Shown: in pieces, positions 38,767 through 50,874 of the stretch
How positions within the stretch are numbered: the first letter of the stretch is position 1
How the letters are laid out: the number at the start of each line of letters is the position of its first letter
Assembly (NCBI GenBank): GCA_964016885.1
Contig: OZ024743.1
Location: forward strand, 299,274,001 to 299,338,000
Reading direction: 5' to 3'
Length of the DNA stretch: 64,000 bases
Source: Eledone cirrhosa
Lineage: Eukaryota
The notes under the pieces: model-generated
The model's input: the letters and a program-made list of their open reading frames with translations, nothing else
Told to the model about the DNA's origin: nothing
Database searches by the model: none
Program-made: the position numbers and the translations under genes

Positions 38767-38910
38767 AGGCGCATGGTTTGTGAGTTATGGTGTTAATATT
38801 TCGATTATAAAATAATGGGTTCGGTTCCCAGATCACATATCACGTAGAGCCTTGAACAAGACACTTTATCGTATGTAGCTCCACTTTACTTAGCTGAAAA
38901 TGAGTACCAT
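38767..38910 (+). mobile_element. Degenerate CORE-type tRNA SINE
   Basis: tRNA-like head followed by CCTTGAACAAGACACTTT..AAATGAGTACC. Confidence 0.55.
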
Positions 38911-39609
38911 TGGCTGCTAAGGTTTAGTCAGGGGATAGATGGCCGCACCGTCCAGATTAGTGGTGGTAGAGACTTTTCCATTTGTCGCTTAACGTTGATA
39001 AATTAGCAATAATCCACGGACTTTGGGCAACCTGTACGGGCATGGAAAACGGATGTAAAGTAATAACTTATTCAGGTAAGCAATTGGGGTTTGTTGGAAA
39101 TCTCTTTTAAAGTTGATATTAAACTTTCTCCCCCCCCCCCCCATTCCCAAAAATCGAAAATAAAAGAACAATAACAATAACTTCGTTGTAGCGTGTGATA
39201 ATTCCTGTTAATAAAAATTAATATATATTATAAGGCATCGTGTCTATGATTTGTTTTCTGAGCTAAATATTTGATCATTATATTGATTTCTAAATCTTAC
39301 TGATGTTAATTTCAATATTCTCTCGCGATATTAATATCTAACTTGCGTTTACTCACATACTGCTTTGGGAGAATAGTGAAGTATTGTCTTAATATTTGCA
39401 AGGTAAACAATTCAGCTCGATGGCAGAAGCAGAAGAGCAGCTGGGTAAATAGTAAATATTATAATTTATATTTCACACACAACGATGGGAAAATTCATGT
39501 CAAATCTGGCCAAAAGTTCAGTGGTACACTGCGACATATTAGTTAATTAAAAGGAATTAAATATGAAATACATCTTGAAATGAGTTTATCTTCAGCAGTA
39601 CGATAACAA

Positions 39610-39650
39610 CTTCAGATATGTTTCGGTACTATTAGATCTTCTCAGTGAAG
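39610..39650 (-). ncRNA. Degenerate minimal hammerhead
   Basis: CTTCA-CTGAGAA-GATCTAATAGTACC-GAAA-CATA-TC-TGAAG. Stem I is perfect; core and stem II are mutated. Confidence 0.4.
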
Positions 39651-41746
39651 ACTACTCTAAATACAGAATGAACACAGGGAGGCGTTAAAACATAAACTAA
39701 TAATTGGAAGAACATTCCGGAATGCCTCCTGAACGAAAACTTAATAATAATCTGAGCAAAAGCGATGTGGTAATCATAAAACCTTTAATTAATTAAACAC
39801 TCATTGTTGGGAACAGTCATCATCTCCACATGGCAGCTGATTAATTGTGTAGCGATATTTTTATTTACTTTCATATAAACCATCCCTTAAGAGTAAAGGT
39901 AAAATTTAAATAGCATCCTTTGACGTTTGTTAGATAAAAAATGCCTCTCAACTACTATGGCCGTTATAATCAAACTTGTGATTCACATAGCTGTGAACAA
40001 ATTTCTTGCAATGTTTCAAAAGAGTGAAAGAGAAAATGTGAGAAGTGTTCATATTTGGCGAAGATACGTGCTATCCCCGAGGAAAATTGCTTGAGGGCAT
40101 TTTCAGGGATAGTGGTCTTGTTGATGGGATGTAAATAGACGCAGCATTACCCAAAGTTAGTAGAGCTTCTTTTGGAAAGGAATCAAAATGATAGCATTTT
40201 ACCAGGTGTGGCATCATTCCCAGTTCCGTTGATGGTCTGAAAGGAGATGAGGTACTGGTTAAAAACCGTTCACATTTTAAGGTTGAATGGTTTTCACAAA
40301 TCGTTGTAGATCGTTAGTTTCACCTTCCTGTCGTTCATCTCGTCTATATCAGCAGAATTGGATGGTATATAACGCTCATGAGCACAGAACATTGAAATAT
40401 TTAAATACCAAATTAAAGTCAATCAAAACTACAAATCATCGAGTTCATTATCGATTTCTATCACAACTAGATAATTTCACTTCATATATGTTTTATGTAC
40501 ATAACCATAATTTCTCTTGCTGTGAAGATTGGTTTTGGTTAAAAGTCGAAGTAATGAATGTACTGTGGCAGGAAGTATATTATACTAAAGAGGTTCACAG
40601 CAGAACAAGCTTACTTATACACGTAAAAATGATTGGATTGGCCATGCGTTGTACTGAATTATATATACTGTATATTATGTCTGTTGCTTTCATTTTCCTT
40701 TAAGTAATAAAAATGCAAATTTCATCTTGTCACGTATTGAAAAGAAAAGTACGTGTAACAGAGAATAGTGAGAAATTGAGAGAGAGAGAAAGGGAGGGAT
40801 AGAGAGGGGGAGATGGATTGGGAGATAATGATAGGGATAGGGAAAGAGAGAAAAGGTGAGAGAGAGAAATACATTTTGTGATACTATCAACCACCGTGTC
40901 TTGAGAAACAAAGTTGACCCAGAAGTAATTTGAAGTCAGAAAATGAAACGACGAAATTAAATATCGCAATGAAGTTTCTGCGATTGAACACCTTCCTAAT
41001 CAATATAATAAGGATCTCTGCTGACTTGGAACAAAGTCATATTTTGAGGATTAGAAGATATAACAGCTTGTTCTGCAGCATTTGAGAATAAACACAATAA
41101 TTATAAAGACGTTGGTAATACTAATGACGATGATAGCAACGATGATAGTGCCAACGGCAGTGACGAGGACAAGGCATTCATCAACATTATCATCACTTCT
41201 CTTTATTCTTATAATTGCCATCATTTCTATAATTATTTTCCTCACACTCATTTTATTTTTATAAATATCATAATCAAAATTATATTATTATGATAATCGT
41301 GATGATGATGATGATAACGATGATAATGACGACGTTCATGCTGCTGATAATGACAATGATAATGATATATCATCATCATTGTCATCTTCATTTCATAATC
41401 AGCCTGTTTGACATCATACTCAGCGTTCATGTTGCAGTTAACGTTGTTGATGTTGGCAGCACGTTCAAGCGAAACGTAATTTTTTTGCACATTCCACCCT
41501 GTTTAACATTGAACACTAAAAAGCAAAAAAAGACAAAAATAGTAAATAGAAAATAAAATTAAAAACTGAAAGAAACGATGATGTCAACGTGGGTCAAGAA
41601 ATCACTCTGTGAGAATCAGTTCCGGTATTTCAATTCTTTGATTGTCAGAAGTCCATTACGCATCAAGTGACTTGTAAACATGGCATAACTTTCAGACAGA
41701 GTTAATAGAACTTTAGTTACCGTTGTTTTGCACATCTCTTTTTCAT

Positions 41747-41786
<40 letters not shown>

Positions 41787-41801
41787 AACACATACACACA
41801 A

Positions 41802-41840
<39 letters not shown>

Positions 41841-42292
41841 CACACACACATAGAAGTGCATACATATGGACAGATACACACACTCACATACATCTGTGTA
41901 TACATTTGACTTTATATTTTTGACAATGGCTTTTGTTACGAAGTTTTTTGTTTTACTAGCTTCTTTTTTTCAACTGTCTTCAGTTTTAGTAATACAATTC
42001 AATCTATAATTGCTGTACACTGCTATCCCATTTATCTTTCTTTTAATATTTCGTTTGCCTGTCTGACACGATTTTCGATCTAACTATCCATTTATCTATC
42101 TATCTATCTCCGGATGGTATAGACGTGCTTCACATCGGCTCCTCGATTATTGGATATATTACGTGTTAATATTAAAGTGTTTGTCTGTACTATTGTGTTA
42201 TTGTGTTAAATAACCTCATTGCCTGGGTCTTCGGACATTAGGGTAATTTATTTCACCCCTTTTGGGGTAAAATTGTTCATCCTAAAAATCTT

Positions 42293-43531
42293 GTGATTGT
42301 CTCTACGCTAGTGGTAATGGAAGCCATTACCACAGGTAACGATGACACGCCCACTAAACAAACTGAAGGAGAGCGGGTAACGGAGGCAACACGCCTCCCT
42401 ACTAAAAGAATAATGATTATTAGAAACATTGAAAAAATGGAGCCTAACCCTAATGAAAAAAATGTGAAAAAAATTGACTCGGAGAAATTGCCAACATTAA
42501 TGGATGCCGTTTCAACTTTTCACGGTGTCACGCCCACCAGCAAAGGTGAAAGAGAAGTAGTAGCTGTGACTCTGAGTCTCTCGGATACTGAAAATATAAG
42601 TGAACATTTTGAAAAAATGGAGTCTAACCCCAACTTTGAAAAAAATGTGAACGCATACACCAACATAAATAACACAAACACAACAAAAAATGAAAATTGT
42701 AACAACAAAAAACAAGAAAACCACCACATTTCGACAAATGTAAACAAAATGACGTTCGCTCAAACCATAAAAAGAACCATTGTGTATGAACCTATTGACA
42801 TTTCGAACATGGCCCAGCAAATGGAAAATGCACGGAAGTATATAACTTTGGAGGAGAATGGTCTATTTTCTTTAAATTCTCCCCCAGAGCTAAAAAAGGA
42901 AAATAGCTTAAAAACTATTATTTATAGGACAATATCAAACAAAACCCGTGAGCCAGTACAACACACAGAGACAGAGATTGAACTGGCTTTAAAAGATAAT
43001 CTGAAAAACATTGTATTCATTCGGAAGGATAGACTCTACGATAGTCTATCCATCCGAATGAAAGATAAATTGACGGCCGAAAAACATTCCCTGGCCCCAA
43101 TTGTGTCCCCCTTATTTACCTTCTTCCCCACTAATTTGGGAAGAAGAACGCAAAGATTGACCATACACAGAATCGATCCAGATATTGATTTCTGGGCGGT
43201 ACTGTGTGGCATCTTCCACTTGAAAGAGGATGCAATAATTTCGCTAGGTAAGTCTTCCAGCAACGTGTTCGGTGGAACTAGCCTGCAAGTTCTGTTGCAA
43301 ATGCAGCCAGAACAAATTGCTAGGATACTCGACCGCATATTGCTGGATGGGCTTGCCTACATCACAGTGGAGGGTAGACAACCCACTTGTTACCTCTGTG
43401 GTGGCAGAGGTCACCTGAGGGCTGCCTGTTCCCAAGCAAACAAAAAAAACACCGATTTTGCCCACATCAACAACTACAACACTACCAACACAACATTCAC
43501 CACCACAAAAACAACTAACACCACAAGTTAA
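42293..43531 (+). pseudogene. LINE ORF1 with zinc knuckle
   Basis: 412-aa ORF containing ITVEGRQPTCYLCGGRGHLRAAC; continues out of frame to about 44095. Confidence 0.85.
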
Positions 43532-44168
43532 AACACAACTGAACCCCCCCCCCCCACACACACAGAGAAAACAAATACAATAACACCCACACCACAAACA
43601 CGAGCCGAAAATGACCCCCCCCCCTCGAATACAGAAGACGACCCCCCTTTGTCGTCAGACGAGGGGGGAGGGCACTTTCATAATGTTAAAAGAAAAAAAG
43701 AAAACACACCACATGAACACAAATACAAACAACCCCTCCCAAGACATAACACAGACATCAACACAAAAAAAACACACAACAGCAAACAAAAACATCACAC
43801 AAAAATAAAAATATGCATATGCTTACATAAATACAATAAACAAAAAAAACTGTTAAACGTTATTTATAACAACAACTTAATAAAAACCGAAGGTTCGAAT
43901 TTCGCACAAGCAACGAGGCTTCCCCATCTAAAAATGATAAAAGCCCCAATGGACATTTACAAAACGTTAAAAGACACTTTTAAAGAGGACGTGGGACCCC
44001 CCTGCGTCAGACCCATTAACCGTCTCCTCCTAAAAAATACCCCCCCCCCCATACACCCACACAACTCCAAACACCGCAACCCCACCACACACTGATGCCC
44101 CTACACTTCAACAAACCACCACCCACCCCAAAATCCATCCCCACCCCCATGGAAATTGAGTGGCCCGG

Positions 44169-47100
44169 CTATGCTGCGAGTAGGTTGTCTAAATGCGCAT
44201 GGCCTGGGCTCACCTTGGAAGCAAGCATTGCCTCTAAATGACCTCAGGTCACAATGTATAAATGTGATAGTTATTTGCGAGGCCCGGATTAGAAGCGTGC
44301 GACAGCTGGCCCCCCACCTTTGATGACTTTGAGATTCACGCATCTCTCTGTCAGCCGGGAGATGGGGGTGGGGTTGTCGTTCTGCTGCAAAAACATCTGC
44401 GTCTCGCTATACAGATGGTACACTTGGACCCGGAGGGTCGATTAGTGGTTCTGGATTTGGCAGTGGTGAAGGCGGAGCTTTTAGGCTGGTCGCCGTCTAT
44501 GGCCCTTTTGGGTCAACGCGGCCGGACTTTTTCCATCGTCTGGAGAATTTTCTAGGCACGACCCGCTCCTTGCTTTTAGTGGGGGACTGGAATGGTATCC
44601 TAGATGCACGTTAGGACTACGTAGGAGCCTGTCCCGATAGAGAGGGGTGTAACAGCCTCAAATGGTTAATAGGCCGATATGACCTGGCCGATAGATATCG
44701 ACTAGATTTTCCGACTGCGGATCATCTTTGTCGTACCTAGATAGGTTCTTAGTCAGAAATAAGGATAAGGACTTTTAAGTTGTCCAAAAATGCTCATGGT
44801 TGGCTATTCAGACCACAAGTTAGTGACCTGCATGGTAAACCTCGATAGTACGCATAGACAGGGACCCGGTTACTGGAAGCTCAACTTGTCCTTACCGGCA
44901 GGTAAAGCTTAGCGGGACCGGATTAGCACTTTAGTTAAGGAACGGTTGACGGGCGCCATCGTCCTCAGCAGGTGCTGGGATCTCTCAAAAGAGAGATTAG
45001 AGTAGTCTCTATAGAATTTAGTAAGGAGATAGCCTCAAATAGAAAGGAAAGTGAGTTGGTAGATAGTGTAGAAGAGGCAATTAGAAGCGGCGACGTGGCC
45101 AGTTCTTCGACGCGAAACACGAAGGCTGCATCGTCCGAAGCAAAATAGGTGCTCTGGGAAACGAGGGGACTAAAGCTGTTAGCTGGGCCCGCGTGACAGA
45201 AGCCAAAAGAGGGATTAGATCCACTATCCGGTCTTTGCGAGACCAGGATGGATGGGTGATCCTTGAACCTAAGCAGATGTGCGAGGCTTTTCAAAAGCAC
45301 TTTGCCAGATTGTTCGGAAGGGGCGGGGAGCTGGTTGGGGAAGTGGACTTCGGTCCATACCTCGATGGCCTGCCGCGTCTCTCAAGGAGGCGAAGTCCTG
45401 CGAGGAGCCGATTTCAGCCGCTGAGATAGAGGCTGCAAATCCCCGGGTCTCGATGGTCTTCCATACGAACTATATCTAGCTATGCCGGCATTGTTCCCCG
45501 ATCTCCTCGAAGCGGTCTACTACAACTGGCAACTGAACGGGAGAAGTCCCTGTGCTGTGACCAAGGGCGTAGTAACGCTAGTGAGGAAGGACGAGAAGAA
45601 GGGGGATGATATAAATAATTTCAGGCCCATAAATCTTCTATATAGAGAGTTACAGATTTTGGCCAAGGTGCTAGCAAAGAGGTTGGCGCTTGTCGTGGGC
45701 AACCTGGTGGGAGATACGCAGACATGTGCATTCCCGTCCAGGTCCATCCACGACAACCTCCACCTCATGCGATACATCATAGCGAGGTTTCGGAACGAAC
45801 CCGGCTTTGGTGGGCCCTGATCAACTTGGATCAATCTAAGGCGTTCCATAGGGTCGACCATGGTTACCTGGATGCAGTGCTACCGGCGGCAGGCTTCGGA
45901 CCCGTTTTCAGGGGCTGGATCACTGTCATGCACAGCAGCCGCATCTGCTCTAGGATCAAGTTGAACGGCTACCTCTCGGAGCCGTTCGAAATCGCGCGGT
46001 CCATTCGACAAGGGTGCTCTCTATCCTCACTTCTGTATGTAATGACTCTAGAGCCACTGCTGCGGAAGTTGAAGTTGTTGCAGGGCATCCCGTTGGAACT
46101 GGGATTGCGGAAAGCGGTGTCGGCTTACGCCGATGACGTAACAGTAATGGTGTCGACGGCCTCGGAAATTGGGGCGATCGGCACCTTACTGGAGGAGTAC
46201 GAAAGGTGTACAGGGGCTAAGCTGAACCGGGACAAGTCGATCGGTCTGCAACTCGCCACGTGGAGGGGCAAATCGATGCCCTCCGAACGCGTCGTCGGGC
46301 GCTGGACGGAGCGCCCGGTGAAGTTGCTCGGGGTCTGGTTCGGAGCAGACCTCCAGGTGGAGAAGGACTGGGCTGAGGTAACAAACAGGCTGTTTGCACT
46401 GACCCAGAAGTGGGCCGAGTGCAAACTGTCCCTCAAAGGTCGGGCGGAGGTGGCGAACACTTATATAGCGACCGTCATCTACTACCGCCTGACGGTCGTG
46501 CCTTGTCCAAAGAAAACGCTCGCCAAAATGGAGCGCGCACTCTTCCAATTCCTTTGGAAGAAGCGGGCTCCATGGTGAGGAGATCCATCTGCTGTCAACA
46601 CCCTTCGAAAGGAGGTCTGGGGATGCCGTGGCTGATGATGCGTAAACACGCATTACGGCTACGGCACCTCCAGGTATTCCTCACCGGTCAACCGGTGTGG
46701 GCCCCGTTTGTGAGGCGAGTCTTTCCCAGACTCGTCTTGCTCACCGAGCTGCAATTCTGGGTTAAGCAAAGACCGAGAAAACTGGGCGCCGAGTGTGCCC
46801 AGGCGCTCACGGCTCTCTGGCAGGCAGACCCGGCTGTCAGTGGAGAATCCACCTCCTCATTCTATAGAGGGCTGGTGGTTAGCAGGTGCGACGACGCTGG
46901 CCTGGCAGTGCTACCGAGGGGATCTGCTCGTTCGAGAAAGGCTCTACAGACATGGGCGCCCGGGTAGGGACCCCGCGAAAAAGATCTGTCCCAGATGCGT
47001 GTGCGACGAGGAAACCGTTGCACACGCATTGGTACACTGCTCGGGCATTTCCGATCTGTGGGGCTATGTCGAACAGAGCTGTCACGGGTGGGACCGATCC

Positions 47101-47402
47101 GGTTGACCACCGAGTCTATTGTAACGATCTAGCCGCCTCCCCTCTTCAAAAACGAAGGAGAGGCGGTGTTTCTGTGCGTAATAGCCATGGTGAAAGAGGT
47201 TGTATGGTGGACGCGTCTGAAAGGACTGAGGTCAGACACCTTTCTCTCTGGCCAACAACTGGGCCGTTTCTTCCGATATCATTTCGGAAGAAGGATCAGG
47301 ATGGAGAGAGAGGTGCTGCACCCCAGCAGTTTTAATGAAAGATGGGTGAATGTGGCGAGAATGGCCTGTGTGAATGGGCTCGCACTCTACATCAGACTGT
47401 AG
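44169..47402 (+). pseudogene. LINE ORF2 (APE endonuclease, RT, C-terminal zinc finger), multiple frameshifts
   Basis: MLRVGCLNAHGL, GDWN, SDHK, NFRPINLL, LDQSKAFHRVDH, IRQGCSLS, AYADDVT, CPRCVCDEETVAHALVHC. Confidence 0.92.
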
Positions 47403-48597
47403 GTGAGAAAGATGAAAGATCAAGGGAGCACCCTCTCTCTGTGCTCCCGAGGAGAAGGGTTGCTCAATTTTTCGGGGGTGTGTGCAACCCCCCAAGGCGC
47501 CTCCTCCCTATTGAGGATTTTGTTATTCAATTTATTTTTGTTATATTTTATATTTTATATATTGTTATTGCCTCCTCCTTATTGAGGACGACTTTTTATG
47601 TAAACTCCCTCCATTTTACTTGTTCCACTCTTTGACGACCTGGTGGCAAATAAAAATAAAGTTATCTATCTATCTATCTATCTATCCATCTACCTATTCA
47701 TCTATCTATCTATCTGCCCGTGTGTGTACTTATCTGTCTGTCTATCTGCATCTTTTATTTTTCACTCAATAATTTAGCCTTCATTCAGTAAAACCGTTCT
47801 GTGAGCTCAATTCTTTTCGTGGGAATACTTAGCTATTGTAAGCTAGTGTACTATTCGCGATGAATCCATACCCTACACACATAATATTGAGAAAATCCAT
47901 GAGAAATACCGGGTCCGGTCAGTGGATTGTTATTGTCGGAGTGTACCACTGAAATTTTGACCAGATTTGACATGAATTTTACCATCGTTGTGTGTGTGAA
48001 ATGTAAACTACTAAATATTTCTCTTTTACATCCTCAATTATAAAAGCAACGTCTATCAGCTTTTCACGAAACTTGTAATTATTCTTTGGAGTTACTATAC
48101 CATTGTATACTCATACAAATGTATCCTTTATATTTATATAGTCCTCTAAAAAGATGCACGTTTCAACAGTTCGCTGAATATAGTTCCAGATAGGAAGCTA
48201 CAGCAACAAAACATAAGCAACTATTTTTATGATCGCCTTGACTTGTTTAAAGTCAAATTAGTGACGAGAATCCTGACGAATGTCTTTGTTTATATGTACA
48301 CTATCTAAGCAGTCCTACATTGTTTAAATAAGGAAGCAATTTGCGGGAAATTAGCGTCTAACTATTTAAGCTGAAGCTCTTTCATGCTGTTGTACATTTA
48401 TTGGTTTTTCTATTAAAGAGATTCTGGAATGCCACGTTTTTGCCGGGCCGAGTACATTGGTATTGTATATAAACCTTGAAATAGAGAAATACAAAGTCAA
48501 CCTAAGGAGACTGAGACATAGCGGAGACAGAACCTAATACTACAGTTAATTTTCAGCCGCCGCTTGGATTCTTGTATGCTTCCCTTACATATATATA

Positions 48598-48662
<65 letters not shown>

Positions 48663-48669
48663 ATATGTA

Positions 48670-48728
<59 letters not shown>

Positions 48729-48740
48729 ATATATATATAT

Positions 48741-49135
48741 CGTTTCTGAATTTGTTTAGCAAGATTCTTTATCTGAAATCGTGTGTTGAAACCGATATTC
48801 TTATACTTTGGATATTGTTATACCCGGATGTGGCGCATGCGCAAACTGAGCACACGACACACACACAGAAACAAAATGGCGTAGGATAGAAGAAAGGAAA
48901 GGCACAGAAACAAAGAAAGGAATCCCCAGTCACTGAAGAGGTCACAGAGTGTGTGACGAAAGGACTATGACTATATATAAACAACTATCTGGTTGTGGAA
49001 CCAACCAACCAACCAGAAATTTATAAGTTTGTAGATTTGTAAATTTATAAATTTATAAATATATAATAAATTGAAGTGAAAGCAACTGGTGCGTGTGTTT
49101 CTTATTGGCAACATGACCCTCCCAAAGTATAACAA
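48741..49135. mobile_element. Short PLE insertion: inverted tail plus solo pLTR of the adjacent Penelope family
   Basis: 48741-48810 matches 49341-49408; 48822-49135 matches 52662-52972; flanked by (TA)n. Confidence 0.9.
48928..48972 (+). ncRNA. Minimal type I hammerhead ribozyme in pLTR
   Basis: AGTCA-CTGAAGA-GGTCACAGAGTGTGTGAC-GAAA-GGAC-TA-TGACT. Confidence 0.8.
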
Positions 49136-49144
49136 TATATATAT

Positions 49145-49238
<94 letters not shown>

Positions 49239-49241
49239 GTG

Positions 49242-49304
<63 letters not shown>

Positions 49305-49307
49305 GTA

Positions 49308-49338
<31 letters not shown>

Positions 49339-49558
49339 TTCGTTTCTGAATTTGTTTAACAAGATTCTTTATCTGAAATCGTGTTGAAACCGATATTGTT
49401 ATACTTTCGGAGGGTCATGTTGCCAATAAGAAACACACGCACCAGTTGCTTTCACTTCAATTTATTATATATTTATAAACTTATAAATTTACAAATCTAC
49501 AAACTTATAAATTTCTGGTTGGTTGGTTGGTTCCACAACCAGATAGTTGTTTATATAT

Positions 49559-49603
49559 AGTCATAGTCCTTTCGTCACACACTCTGTGACCTCTTCAGTG
49601 ACT
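49559..49603 (-). ncRNA. Minimal hammerhead ribozyme (inverted pLTR)
   Basis: Reverse complement of 48928-48972. Confidence 0.8.
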
Positions 49604-49811
49604 GGGGATTCCTCTCTTTGTTTCTGTGCCTTTCCTTTCTTCTATCCTTCGCCATTTTGTTTCTGTGTGTGTGTTGTGTGCTCAGTTTGCGCATGCGCCA
49701 CATCCAGGTGTATGTGTGTGTTTGTGTTCATTTATCTATTTGTTTATTTATTTATTTATTTATTGTTGGTTGGTTGTTTGTTCTATGTGTGTGTGTGTTT
49801 TCATTTTCTCC

Positions 49812-50874
49812 TTAATTGTAAGTTGTGATGTTGCTGTTCCACTCATATTTTCTATTTAATTTTGGTTGTAATTCTTTTATGCTTACTGCCTCTGTAATTT
49901 GCCTAAACATTGCATCTTTTCTGTGTGTGGATTCTATTTTTATTTCTATGTTCTCTAATCTACCCATGTGCTCTATCTTAGCATGTTGGTAGAGCACAGA
50001 TGATTCTTTATTATCTTGAAGGTCTCGCCAGTGTTCATTTATTCGTTCCCCTATACTACGAGCTGTCTCACCTATGTACACTATATTTTTGTTTCTACAT
50101 TGTCCTTCAGTACATCTTATGCTATACACTACATTTCTAGTTTTACAGTTAATATGGGGGCTTATTTTACAGGTTATACATTTCTTATCTATACATGAGG
50201 GTCTTTGGAACGGGTATGTCTTGCTAATAAGTGTTTTTACGGAGGTACCTGGTCTTTCTACTATCTTAATATTGAGTTTATGTTTATTTAGGGCCCTTCT
50301 AAATTTGTAGGCTAGTTCGCCTCTAGGGGTTGTATTGATGAACATTACACTCTGGTATTTATTGCTATCATGCCATGAGTTTATTCTATTAGCCTTGTTC
50401 CTAGTTCTTTCTATTCTATTCCAAAATTTGCTCCTATACAAGGGGCAGGCCCATTTATGTCATTATTTACCATTTTTTCCCATTTGGTTCTGGCTCCTCT
50501 ATACACTCTGATTCTATCTCTCTGATTGTAGCCAGAGAACTGCATACGGTGGATGAAGTGTTGTATGTGTCTCTCTAGTTCTTCGGGGTTGCACATGCGG
50601 GACACATTTCTCATCACCCGTAACAAATCCGCAATCAGTATGTTGATTTTGGTATGGTCCGAAATGGCCGAATTTCGGTGGATCAGATGTTTGGAAGTCA
50701 TGGGTTTGGCATAATGGGAATGGAGGATTTGTTTTTGGTTGTTAATGGTATCTAACCAGAGCTCTGTGTCTAGTACAGGTAATCGATGGTTGGGGTGTCT
50801 ACTTGGTTAGTCTATAGTAACTCTAATGCTCTGGTGGATGGAGTTTGCTATTTGCTGGATGCTTTCCATTGTGT
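49812..50874 (-). pseudogene. Inverted partial copy of the PLE ORF (thumb and GIY-YIG), frameshifted
   Basis: ORFs 50411-50701 and 49812-50441 are nearly identical to the C-terminus of 50826-52559. Confidence 0.92.

Larger units (their letters stand above)
42110..47663 (+). mobile_element. Full-length Tx1/L1-clade LINE inserted in (TATC)n, degraded
   Basis: 5' AGACGTG, ORF1, ORF2 (APE, RT, CCHC), 3' AATAAAAATAAAGTT; (TATC)n on both flanks. Confidence 0.93.
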
